Of a stretch of 64,000 nucleotides of DNA, positions 46,213-55,726 are shown one piece after another. The DNA comes from an uncultured Actinomycetes bacterium. GTDB lineage: Bacteria > Actinomycetota > Thermoleophilia > RBG-16-64-13. The stretch's first letter is position 1. Each line of letters begins with the position of its first letter. Location of the stretch: contig CAVQZD010000002.1 of assembly GCA_963718375.1 (NCBI GenBank), positions 14,000-77,999 on the forward strand, in the 5' to 3' direction. The notes under the pieces were generated by a model. The model did no database searches. It saw only the letters and a program-made list of their open reading frames with translations, and was not told the origin of the DNA. The position numbers and the translations under genes are program-made.

Positions 46213-47434
46213 ATGACCATCACGACATGTCGGGGAGCGCCGATGAGCGAGGACGAGAAACGATCTACCGAGGCCGTGACGGCGGAGGGCAGCCACGAGC
46301 CCCATGCGGAGCCCGATGCATCGGCCGCCCATCTGGATGAGCCACCTGACAGAAGCCGCTTGATTGACCTGGGTGGGAGACTGCGGAGTCGTCCCAATGG
46401 TCTGCTCTTTGGACTAGCCTGCGTGACCATCGTCCTCTACGGCATGAGGCATTCCCGCGCCATCCTTGCGCCCATCTTCCTGGCCATGTTCATCGTCATG
46501 GCCCTCAGCCCCATAATGCAGTGGCTCAGACGAAAGGGCATGCCTCCGTGGGCGGCCCTGCTCGTTGTCCTCGCAGGGTTTCTCGTCGTTGCAGCAGGTT
46601 TCATTGCGATCGTTGCGACGTCCCTGGGGCAGATCAGCTCCAGGATCCCGGTCTACCAGCAGGGGCTGAGCCGCGTTACTTCAACAGTGCAGGTCTGGTT
46701 CGCGGGGCACGACATAGACATAAGCGGCGTCACGGGCAACATCCTGAGGCCGGACAAGATCATCGGCTGGGTGAACTCTTCGGTCCGGATGTTCATCTCT
46801 CTGCTCTCCAGTGCGTTCCTTGTGGCCCTGATCGTCGTCTTCATGATCGCTGAGGTGTATTCATTCCCCCGCAAGCTGCATGAAGATCTGCTTCTCGGCC
46901 CCAGACTCGGACGTGCGTTCGACACCTTCGGCACGGTGACCCGCACCTTTCTGTTCACTCTAACGTGGCTCAACGCTCTGACCGCGGCGTTGGTGGCGGT
47001 GGTCTACTACGCTTTTGGGGTCGAATTCGCTTTGCTGTGGGCCCTGTTGTTCTTCTTGCTCAGCTTCATCCCCAATATCGGTTTCGTCCTGGCGGTGATA
47101 CCGCCGTTCTTTGTCACTCTGCTCGGGTATCGGTTTCGCTCGGGCCGCGATCGTGGTGGCTGTCGTGACGCTGATCAACGGAGTGGTGAACAACGGCATC
47201 TCCCCGCGGTTCATGGGGCAGCGGACGGGGCTGACCCCTCTCATGGTCTTCTTGGCCGTTGTCTTGTGGGCATGGGTGCTGGGACCTGTGGGAGCTCTCA
47301 TGGCGGTGCCCCTGATGCTCATGGTGAAACTTCTGTTCTTCGAATCGTACGAGAGCACACAGGCCCTCTCCAAATTCATGACCCCGTCCAAGCGAAAGAA
47401 GAAGCGCAAGTCCGCCACCGACGCGGCGGAATAG
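46213..47434 (+). CDS. AI-2E (PerM/YhhT) family transporter, with one apparent frameshift near 47130
   Basis: The body is in ORF 46093..47484. The C-terminus, GFARAAIVVAVVTLINGVVNNGISPRFMGQRTGLTPLMVFLAVVLWAWVLGPVGALMAVPL, is in ORF 47111..47434. It is colinear with the convergent paralog. The start could be 46213 or 46243. Confidence 0.8.
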
Positions 47435-47495
47435 ACTCAGTGAGGCGCCCCCGGTTGTCGGCGACGAGTGACCGGATCCGCTGACGAGCGGGTCA

Positions 47496-48710
47496 TCAAT
47501 CGGCTGCGGCGACCTGTTTCTTCCGCTTTTTGGGCCGCTTACGCTTGCCGAACTCCCTCACGGGTGTGCCCATGAGGTCCGAGATCGCCTGCGTACTCTC
47601 AAAGGAATCGAAGAAGAGCAACTTGACCATGAGCATGAGCGGCACCGACATCAGCGCCCCCAGCCCGCCTAGGACCCATCCCCAGAAGAACACGGAGACG
47701 AAGACAGTCAGGGTGCTCAAGCCCAGATTCCTCCCCATGATCTTAGGTGAGAAGAAGTTGTCGACGACGGTGTTGATCGCGATGACGATGATGACCACGA
47801 CCGCGGCCCGGGGGAAGCCGAACTCCAGCAAGGTTATGAAGAACACGGGTATGACCGACAGCAGGAAGCCGACATTGGGGATGAAGCTCATCACAAAGAA
47901 CAGCAGCCCCCACACCAGAGCAAAGTCGACGCCAAAAACGTAGTAGATCAAGGTCACCATGACGGCGACCAGGCCGCTGAGCCACGCTTTGGTGAAGAGG
48001 AAGGTCTTGACTGTCTCGCCGAAATTGGCGAAGGATCGAGCCACCCGCTCGTTCACCCTGATGGCTTCGCTGAGCTTCTTTGGGAGTGAGTACACATAGG
48101 CGACCATGAAGAGAAGGAGCAGGATTATCCAGAAGACACTGCCCATGACGTTGACTATGCTGGACAGGAGCCCCTTGACCGCGCTCGTGGCAGCTTCTGG
48201 GCTGAGCGAATCACTGGTCAGACTGCTGATGTCTATCCCCCGCTCGGCGAACCAGGCAGTCATAGTAGCCTCCATTTGGGCGATATTCGCCTGGTAGCCG
48301 GGCATCTTATCGTCCAACTGTGTGACTGCCGAAAGCATGACGAGCATGAACAGGGTGACGGCGGCGACCAAGACGACCGAGACGATGACTATGCACAGCC
48401 AGGCCGGCATCCCCTTGCGCCGCATCCAGGCAAGGGCGGGGGCGGCGCCCATGGTGAGAAAGAGGGCGAGAAACAACGGGTTGAGGATGCCCGACATGCT
48501 CTTCATCGCCAAGATCAGGATGGCCGCCAGTGTGAGCGGAAGAAGCAGGCGCACGGGACCGCTCAAGAGACTCTCCCGTTTGGGGGCCGCCAAGTCCGCT
48601 GGTGATACACGGGTCTTCTCCAGTTCACCGGGCTTGGTCACGCCGGTGGCATCGTCCGCAGAGGTTGACTCCGGGTCCGGGACCGCGGACGCTGGGCCAT
48701 CTTGAGTCAT
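47496..48710 (-). CDS. AI-2E (PerM/YhhT) family transporter (intact paralog)
   Basis: ORF 47496..49112, trimmed to ATG 48710, which is preceded by GGAGG. Contains VIPVFFITLLEFGFPRAAVVVIIVIAINTVVDNFFSPKIMGRNLGLS..ALMSVPL. Confidence 0.85.
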   Translation of the reverse strand: MTQDGPASAVPDPESTSADDATGVTKPGELEKTRVSPADLAAPKRESLLSGPVRLLLPLTLAAILILAMKSMSGILNPLFLALFLTMGAAPALAWMRRKGMPAWLCIVIVSVVLVAAVTLFMLVMLSAVTQLDDKMPGYQANIAQMEATMTAWFAERGIDISSLTSDSLSPEAATSAVKGLLSSIVNVMGSVFWIILLLLFMVAYVYSLPKKLSEAIRVNERVARSFANFGETVKTFLFTKAWLSGLVAVMVTLIYYVFGVDFALVWGLLFFVMSFIPNVGFLLSVIPVFFITLLEFGFPRAAVVVIIVIAINTVVDNFFSPKIMGRNLGLSTLTVFVSVFFWGWVLGGLGALMSVPLMLMVKLLFFDSFESTQAISDLMGTPVREFGKRKRPKKRKKQVAAAD

Positions 48711-48883
48711 TGGTGCGTCGCCTCCGATTGGTGCTTTGACCGTCGACAGAGACCGCCGCTCGCGGTAGATGAGATACATTCTAACCCTGAAATCTAACGG
48801 AGGTGCGACGGCGGTCCCAGGACGTGAGGTCTTTGCCGTGGTGCCGGCTGATACAATGAGGCCAGCACGAGTCCGGGAGAGCC

Positions 48884-50174
48884 ATGAGGTCCAGCACCGC
48901 CAATCTCCAGGCATTCCACACCATGGCCAAACCCACCGGCGCACGGTGCAACTTAGACTGCGCCTACTGCTTCTTCCTGAAGAAGGATCTGCTCTACCCG
49001 GGCAGCGACTTCCGAATGACCGACGAGGTGCTCGAGGCGTACATCCGCCAGACCATCGAGGCACATCAGGTGCCGGAGGTGACCATCGCCTGGCAGGGCG
49101 GCGAGCCGACACTGATGGGTTTGGACTTCTTCCGAAGGGCCGTGGAGCTGGAGCAGAACGTTGCTGCTCCGGGTGTGGCGATCGAGAATACGCTTCAGAC
49201 CAACGGCGTGCTTCTCGACGACGAATGGTGCGAGTTCCTGCGAGAGCAGCGCTTTCTCGTCGGTCTCAGCCTTGACGGCCCCCGAGAGTTGCACGACGCC
49301 TACCGGCGGGACAAGCGAGGCAACTCGGTCTTCGACAAGGTCGCCCAGGCCGTCCGTCTCATGCAGAAACACCAGGTGGAGTTCAACATCCTCTGCACCG
49401 TGAACGCTGCCAACGGTGACCACCCGCTTGAGGTCTACCGCTTCTTCCGAGATGACCTCGCTGCCCGCTACTTACAGTTCATCCCCATCGTGGAGAGGGA
49501 CAACCAGACAGGCGACCAGGAAGGTGCCGCGGTCACAGACAGGTCGGTCGGCGGACGGCAATACGGACGCTTCCTGATCGAGATCTTCGACGAATGGGTC
49601 CACAACGACGTCGGGGAGACGTTCGTGCTGTTCTTCGACGGGGTGCTGGCCTCGTATGTGACAGGGAAATCCAGCCTCTGCGTACTCAGGCCCACCTGCG
49701 GTGAAGGCGTGGCGCTCGAGCACACTGGGGACGTGTACTCCTGCGACCACTACGTCGAGCCCCACCACCTGCTCGGGAACATCCTCGACACTGCCTCTCG
49801 GCGAGCTGGTCTTCTCCGACAGGCAGCGCGCGTTCGGCGAGGCCAAGGCCGACAGCCTTCCGCGAGTCTGCGGCGAGTGTCGCTGGCTGTTCACGTGCAA
49901 CGGGGAGTGTCCCAAGAACCGGGTGCTGGATACGGCGGAGGGCGAGCCCGGGCTCAACTGGCTGTGTGACGGCCTCCAAGCCTTCTTCGAGCACGTCGAT
50001 CACCCGATGCAGATCATGGCCGACCTTCTTCGCCGCGGCCGACCGGCCTCAGAGGTGATGAGCGTGCTCGCCGCCGAGAAGGACGAGGCGGCCCGTCGCC
50101 TCGCGGGCGCCGGCCGGAACGAGCCCTGCCCGTGCGGCAGTGGCCTGAAGTACAAGAGGTGTCACGGAGCCTGA
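48884..50174 (+). CDS. Anaerobic sulfatase-maturating enzyme (radical SAM/SPASM) with a C-terminal SEC-C motif; one apparent frameshift near 49793
   Basis: Contains CNLDCAYC (48944-48967) and [13 protein letters not shown] cysteines are [16 protein letters not shown] and, in ORF 49701..50174, [19 protein letters not shown]. The terminal motif is [14 protein letters not shown] (50127-50168). Confidence 0.85.
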
Positions 50175-50261
50175 GCGGCGGGCGGCCGCGCTCTGCGGCG
50201 TGCTATAAAGCAGAGTCAGGCCGGATGGAGGCCCGAGCAATGTCTGCCGGAGGGAGCCGCA

Positions 50262-51554
50262 GTGACCGCGTACATCATTCTTGCTGGGCTCATAGCCTTG
50301 TACTCCCTAGGGGCGGCCAAGCTCGAGTACTTCCTCATCACCGGCCCTATCATCTTTGTGATCCTCGGCTTCATCCTTGGCCCGGACGGGGCCAACCTCC
50401 TCCACATGACGACCGGCTCGGAGATCATCCGCGTCGTCACGAGCGTCACTCTCGCGCTACTGCTCTTCTCCGACGCTTCGAGCGTCAACCTGAAAGCGTT
50501 GCGCCGTGATGCCTCGGTCCTGGTGCGGCTTCTCTTCATCGGTCTTCCGCTCGCGGTCATCATAGGAGGACTCTCTGCCTGGGCCCTGCTACCCGCTCTG
50601 GGGCTCGGCACCTGCGCGCTGCTCGCCGCTATCCTGGCACCGACCGACCTCTCCCTTGGCCTCGCGATGTTCAGGAATCCCAAGGTACCGGATCGGGTGC
50701 GCCGCGAGATCAACGTGGAAAGCGGCCTCAACGACGGCGTTGCCACACCCGTGGTCATGCTCCTCATCGGAGTGGTGGTCGCGGAGTCGGGCGAAGGTGG
50801 ACGCCCGATCGTCACGGCAATAGAGGAGCTGGCCATCGGGATCGCGATCGGTGCGGCGGTCGGCATTGTGGGCGCACTACTGATGCGGTATTCGAAAAGC
50901 AGGGGTTGGTCCTCGGAGGCATCGCGCCGGTTTGCCGCCCTGGCCTTTGCCCTTCTTGCTTACGGAGGCGCGGGCGCCCTCCACGGCAACGGCTTCATCG
51001 CCGCTTTCGTGGGCGGGATAGCGTTTGGAGCCATCGATCATCGGCTGGCGACCGAAGCGGTCGAATACACGGAGAAGACAGGAGTGCTGCTCACCTTCGC
51101 CGTGTGGTTCGTCTTCGGAGCCGTCATCGCTCCCATTCTCATCTCAGACGGGCTCCACTGGCAGCCGATCGTCTACGCGCTCGTCAGCCTGACCTTCGTG
51201 CGGATGCTCGCCGTGGCCCTCTCGCTGTGGGGCAAGAAGATGCATCGCTCGACGATAGTCTTCATCGGGTGGTTCGGGCCGCGCGGACTTGCCAGTGTGG
51301 TCTTTCTCGTCCTTGCCATCCAGTCTCTGGCGAAGGACGGCATCGATACCTCGCTGCTCGCTGCCACCGCCGGCTGGACTATCCTTCTGAGCGTCATCCT
51401 CCACGGGCTCTCGGCCGGTCCGGTGGCCGCCTGGTACGGGGGCAGGGTCGCCGGATTCGCTCCGGGCAGCCCGGAACTGGGGGAAGCTGCGCGCACCCGG
51501 AGACGCGAAGGCATAGCGGCGCCCAACTCTATCGAAGCAGGCGAAGACTCGTAG
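50262..51554 (+). CDS. CPA1-family cation:proton (Na+/H+) antiporter
   Basis: 430 aa, 10-12 TM. Contains LLFSDASSV.., LAAILAPTDLSLG and ESGLNDGVATP. Confidence 0.85.
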   Translation: MTAYIILAGLIALYSLGAAKLEYFLITGPIIFVILGFILGPDGANLLHMTTGSEIIRVVTSVTLALLLFSDASSVNLKALRRDASVLVRLLFIGLPLAVIIGGLSAWALLPALGLGTCALLAAILAPTDLSLGLAMFRNPKVPDRVRREINVESGLNDGVATPVVMLLIGVVVAESGEGGRPIVTAIEELAIGIAIGAAVGIVGALLMRYSKSRGWSSEASRRFAALAFALLAYGGAGALHGNGFIAAFVGGIAFGAIDHRLATEAVEYTEKTGVLLTFAVWFVFGAVIAPILISDGLHWQPIVYALVSLTFVRMLAVALSLWGKKMHRSTIVFIGWFGPRGLASVVFLVLAIQSLAKDGIDTSLLAATAGWTILLSVILHGLSAGPVAAWYGGRVAGFAPGSPELGEAARTRRREGIAAPNSIEAGEDS

Positions 51555-51599
51555 CAGCTGGGGACTCGACCGCTCGGTCGCCGCATGAAGCCCGCCGCC

Positions 51600-52379
51600 C
51601 TAGCGTGCGCCGATCTCGCTCTGCAGGTCGAGAATGGACTGCTGCGCCGTCTTTAGCAGGCCTTCCTGGGGACGATCGAGGTCGAAGATCATGTAGAGCA
51701 CTGCCGATAGGACCACGACCAGCAAGATCAGTGACATCCAGTTGACGTTCTCCGAGTAGCCTAGCTGCATGCCTAGGAGGAAGGCCGCCACCAACGTGAT
51801 GAGATAGGTGAACAGAAGGATCAGCGGGGCCGTGCGCACGTAGATGCCCATGTTGATCCGCTCAGTCGTCACGCTGATGATCTCGTTCACCGATTCGACG
51901 AACAGGGCCGTCACATCTGTGGTGTTCCCGGCTTTGACCAGGTTCTCGGTCACCGTCCAGAGCTCGTCATGGATCTCCTTAGTGCGCACCAGTATCGCAG
52001 TCGTATCATCAGCGTTGAGCAAGGCCACCCGCAGGTCGACGTATTCCTGCAGGAGGGTACGGGTCTGACTGCTGTAGGGTTCGTCTATATACCCCGCGCG
52101 AAGATAGGCCGTGCGGATGGCGTTGGCATCATCGACTACCAGCGTGCGGCGCTCGCCGGCGAAGGTGACACCGAAGCCGAGGACGAAGGCCATCAGAAAA
52201 GCGAGCAGGCCCAACGTGGCCCCTGCGATGGAGCCCAGTTGTGCGTCCGACCGCGGCGGATGTTTGCGGCTCTTCGCCTTGACATACCCGTAGCCACCAG
52301 CGAGGGACACAAGAATGAGTACCACTGTGACGACGTACAGTGCCCACAGTGGCAGCGCGTCAAAGGGCTGAGTCTTCAT
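51600..52379 (-). CDS. DUF4239-like (bestrophin-like) membrane protein
   Basis: 259 aa. It has an N-terminal TM pair, a helical middle and a C-terminal TM pair. The family call is from the overall pattern only. Confidence 0.5.
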   Translation of the reverse strand: MKTQPFDALPLWALYVVTVVLILVSLAGGYGYVKAKSRKHPPRSDAQLGSIAGATLGLLAFLMAFVLGFGVTFAGERRTLVVDDANAIRTAYLRAGYIDEPYSSQTRTLLQEYVDLRVALLNADDTTAILVRTKEIHDELWTVTENLVKAGNTTDVTALFVESVNEIISVTTERINMGIYVRTAPLILLFTYLITLVAAFLLGMQLGYSENVNWMSLILLVVVLSAVLYMIFDLDRPQEGLLKTAQQSILDLQSEIGAR

Positions 52380-52385
52380 CGGCCG

Positions 52386-54749
52386 CTACTGGCGCGCCAT
52401 GGCGATCTTGAGGTCGGCTTCCGTGTCCTGGATCAGTTCACCTGACAGGTCCAGCGTGACCCGCTTGATGGTGCCCGTGAACGGGAAGCGTCCCGTGTAC
52501 CTCTCGGGAGCTGCAGGCTCGCCGCCGTCGTAGCCGCAGGTCAGGCCTTGTGTACCGAACATGTTGAGGACCGAGTACGGCATGTCCACGGAGCCGACCA
52601 GCTTGCGGTCTATATAGAGCTGAGCCCTGGCCGGCACCCCGAGCCCCTTGGCCACGTCGGGCTTGCCTGTCGGCTCGAACTCGTAACGCAGTTCGACCTC
52701 TCCCTCAGGGATGATCGCGTCGGAGGTGAGCCAGAACCGTTCCCGGCCGAGCCAGTTGTACAGGAATACGAGCTTCTTGTCCTGGACGAAGAACGCGTAG
52801 CCGCCGGTGCGACCGCCTTGGGCGAGCAAGATGCCCTCTGCGCCGCCCTTTGGCACGACGACGTCGGCCGTGATGCTCCACGGTCGATTGTAGCCCTTGG
52901 GTGCGGCCGTGAAGGGGATCCCTGAACCACCCGGGTAGTAGACGAACTTGTTCCTGGGCCGAGCGATCGTCGGGCGCTCCACGTTGAGGCGTTGGAGGGC
53001 AGTCCCGTCGATGGGCAGCACTTGGTACTTGCCCGCTTCCGCCCACCATCTGCCGATGAGCTCGATCAGCTTGTCACGATGCTCTTCCGCGAGGTTCTGG
53101 GTCTCGGAGTAGTCCTCGTCCACGTGGAAGAGCTCCCAGTCGTGGGTCTCGATGTCGAGGAGCACGTCGTTGGTGATCTCGTCGCCGAACTTGCGACCCT
53201 TCTTGGCGGCCTCCGTGAAATTCCGCCCAGGCCACGGGCAGACCGCGCGCCAGCCGTCGTGGTAGATCGAGCGGTGGGCGAACATCTCGAAGTACTGGGT
53301 GTGGTGATTAGTGGGTGCGGCCGCTTCGTTGAAGGTGTGCGCGAAGCTGATGCCATCGATGGGAGCCTGCGATACGCCGCGGATGGCCTCGGGCGGCTCG
53401 ACCCCAAGCGCCTCGAGGACCGTGGGGACCAGGTCGATGCAGTGCCCGTACTGAGTCCGTAGCTCGCCTCGCGCCTGGATGCCCTTGGGCCACGACACGA
53501 TGCACGGGTCGGTGGTGCCGCCCCGGTAGGTCTCGCGCTTCCAGCGGCGGAACGGCGTGTTGCCCGCGTTGGCCCAGCCCCAGGGGTAGTGGTTGCATGT
53601 CTCCACGCCACCCAGCTCATCGATCATCTTCAGGTTGGCTTCGAGCGACTCCGGCACGTTGTTGAAGAAGAACATCTCGTTGAGCGACCCGACGGCGCTA
53701 CCCTCGGAGCTGGCGCCGTTGTCCGAGATGACCATGATGAGGGTGTTGTCCAGCCTGCCGATCTCTTTGAGGAACTCCAACACGCGACCGAAGTGATGGT
53801 CGGTGAAGCTGACGAATCCGGCGTAGACCTCCATGTACCGCGCGTAGAGCCGCTTGGCATCATCGGACAGCGTCTCCCACACCGGCACGTCCGGGTCAGG
53901 GGCAGACAGTTCGGTGCCCGCCGGGATGATGCCCATGTCGAGCTGACGCTGGTGGACGAGCTTGCGATACTCCTCCCAGCCGCCGTCGAACTTGCCCTTG
54001 TACTTGTCCGCCCACTCCTTGGGCACATGATGTGGCGCATGGCCGGCGCCGGTGGCGTAGTACAGGAAGAACGGTTTGTCAGGCGCGTTGACGTGGGCGT
54101 CCTGGATGAACTCGATCGCCTTGTCGGCCAAGTCGATGCTCAGATGGTAGCCGTCTTCGGGCAGAGCGGGCTGCTCGACCTCATGGTTGTCGTACGTGAG
54201 TTCCGGATACCACTGGTTGGTCTCGCCACCTAGGAAGCCGTAGTAGCGCTCGAAGCCGCGGCCGAGCGGCCAGCGGTCGTGCGGGCCGGCGGCGGTCGTG
54301 TGCTCGGGCGGGGTCAAGTGCCATTTGCCGACGCAGAATGTGTTGTAGCCCTCTTGCTGCAGGATCTCGCTGACCATGGCTCTGTCGAAGGGCAGGACGC
54401 CGTTGTAGCCCGGGTAGCCGGTGGAGGTCTCGGTGATCGATGCGAGGCCGAGTGAGTGATGGTTGCGCCCGGTCAGGATGCAGCCGCGCGACGGCGAGCA
54501 GAGCGCCGTGGTGTGCATGTTGGTGTAGCGCAGCCCATTCGCCGCCAGGCTGTCTATCACGGGAGTCTCCACCAGTCCGCCGAAGGACGACAACTGGCCG
54601 TAGCCCACGTCATCCAGTACGAAGAAGAGCACGTTGGGTGAACCCTCTTGGGGACGAGGCGGCTCTGGCCACGCCGGCGAGGACTCCTTGGTGGTACGTC
54701 CGATGACTCCGGTGAACGGAGTGCCGTCCTTGTAGGTCTTGATGGCCAT
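52386..54749 (-). CDS. Large arylsulfatase (Cys-type, AtsA-like, 787 aa), with no signal peptide
   Basis: Contains NVLFFVLDDVGYG and TALCSPSRGCILTGRNH (C-x-P-x-R), with DNGAS, a sulfatase core and a C-terminal extension of about 270 aa. Confidence 0.9.
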   Translation of the reverse strand: MAIKTYKDGTPFTGVIGRTTKESSPAWPEPPRPQEGSPNVLFFVLDDVGYGQLSSFGGLVETPVIDSLAANGLRYTNMHTTALCSPSRGCILTGRNHHSLGLASITETSTGYPGYNGVLPFDRAMVSEILQQEGYNTFCVGKWHLTPPEHTTAAGPHDRWPLGRGFERYYGFLGGETNQWYPELTYDNHEVEQPALPEDGYHLSIDLADKAIEFIQDAHVNAPDKPFFLYYATGAGHAPHHVPKEWADKYKGKFDGGWEEYRKLVHQRQLDMGIIPAGTELSAPDPDVPVWETLSDDAKRLYARYMEVYAGFVSFTDHHFGRVLEFLKEIGRLDNTLIMVISDNGASSEGSAVGSLNEMFFFNNVPESLEANLKMIDELGGVETCNHYPWGWANAGNTPFRRWKRETYRGGTTDPCIVSWPKGIQARGELRTQYGHCIDLVPTVLEALGVEPPEAIRGVSQAPIDGISFAHTFNEAAAPTNHHTQYFEMFAHRSIYHDGWRAVCPWPGRNFTEAAKKGRKFGDEITNDVLLDIETHDWELFHVDEDYSETQNLAEEHRDKLIELIGRWWAEAGKYQVLPIDGTALQRLNVERPTIARPRNKFVYYPGGSGIPFTAAPKGYNRPWSITADVVVPKGGAEGILLAQGGRTGGYAFFVQDKKLVFLYNWLGRERFWLTSDAIIPEGEVELRYEFEPTGKPDVAKGLGVPARAQLYIDRKLVGSVDMPYSVLNMFGTQGLTCGYDGGEPAAPERYTGRFPFTGTIKRVTLDLSGELIQDTEADLKIAMARQ

Positions 54750-54799
54750 GAGAACCCTCCTGTCGAAAACACCCGCGTGCGCTCTTGCCCGACTTCCTC

Positions 54800-54848
54800 C
54801 ACTCTACACGTTTGTTGTCAAGTCGGTGCGCGGTCAAACCGTAGAGTG
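54800..54848. promoter_or_regulatory. Imperfect inverted repeat (CACTCTACACGTTTG ..20 nt.. CAAACCGTAGAGTG) upstream of the large sulfatase
   Basis: Read directly from the sequence, 51-99 nt upstream of ATG 54749 (minus strand). Function unknown. Confidence 0.3.
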
Positions 54849-54982
54849 CGTCAGGCATCAGCGGGCACTCGCGACCTGCTGCCTTACCTGTGGAATAATC
54901 ACCATGGCAATGGGTCGTGGCACAGACCCCAGGTAGGTTGTTGAGTGGTCCGCGTCCTCTCGGGGCGCGTCTATCGTGAAGG

Positions 54983-55723
54983 TTGGAGATCCTTTTGACC
55001 GAAGAGAAGGTGTTCTGTCCTGGGTGCCCGCGCAGGGGCCTGTTCATGGCGCTCGGGAAGCACAAGTTCGTCGCCACCGGTGACGTCGTCTGCTCGTTGG
55101 CAGATGCTCGGCCGCCGAGGCCCAAACCGCGGCCTCACGGAGCCCCGGGTGGTGGGGCCCATGGAGCGTCGGGTGGGGGGCCTCAGGGGGCGCCGGGCCG
55201 GGGACCGGAAGGTCCTCGCCGAGAAGTCATGATCGTGGATGGCGGCACCCTCGTGGATTCTGGGGCGAGTCTCTTGGAGAGCTTGTCCAAGAATGGCGGC
55301 TACGGCGTGAGCATCATCTTTGATGATGGCGCAGTGGCTGCCGTCGGGGGTGAGCAGGATGTCGATATCCCGAGCCTGTGCCGGGAGCTTGGCTTCGCTC
55401 GTATCAGGGAGCTCGATCCGTTTGGGATCAAGGAGATCGGCGACGTCCTCCTAGAAGAGGCAGAATCCGCGGAGGTCTCGGTGTTGATCGTTCAGGCGCC
55501 GTGCCCCGTGAAGTCCGAAGTGAAGCGGCCGGCGTACGGGGTCGACCCCGACAGGTGCGAAGGCTGCCAGCACTGCTTCAAAGTGGAATGCAGTGCGATG
55601 CGGGTCATCACGCGAGATGACGGCGGCGAGCGCGTCGAGATCGAGGCCTCGGATTGCGCCGGCTGCGGCATCTGTCTGCAGCTGTGCAAGCATGACGCCA
55701 TCGTCGCGCCTGCGACCCGGTGA
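54983..55723 (+). CDS. Indolepyruvate:ferredoxin oxidoreductase alpha (IorA)-like C-terminal fragment: degenerate TPP-region, low-complexity insert and 2x[4Fe-4S] domain
   Basis: 246 aa, TTG start. Contains FCPGCPRRGLF..GDVVC (IorA-like), the insert RPKPRPHGAPGGGAHGASGGGPQGAPGRGPEGP, then CEGCQHC..C and CAGCGICLQLC. Confidence 0.55.
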   Translation: MEILLTEEKVFCPGCPRRGLFMALGKHKFVATGDVVCSLADARPPRPKPRPHGAPGGGAHGASGGGPQGAPGRGPEGPRREVMIVDGGTLVDSGASLLESLSKNGGYGVSIIFDDGAVAAVGGEQDVDIPSLCRELGFARIRELDPFGIKEIGDVLLEEAESAEVSVLIVQAPCPVKSEVKRPAYGVDPDRCEGCQHCFKVECSAMRVITRDDGGERVEIEASDCAGCGICLQLCKHDAIVAPATR

Positions 55724-55726
55724 CCG

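Noticed and set aside
48711-49112. 134-codon N-terminal extension of the minus-strand AI-2E ORF (47496..49112)
   Set aside because: The extension is Arg/Pro/Trp-rich and overlaps the divergent anSME gene start. ATG 48710 with GGAGG upstream, followed by a family-typical N-terminus, is the credible start.
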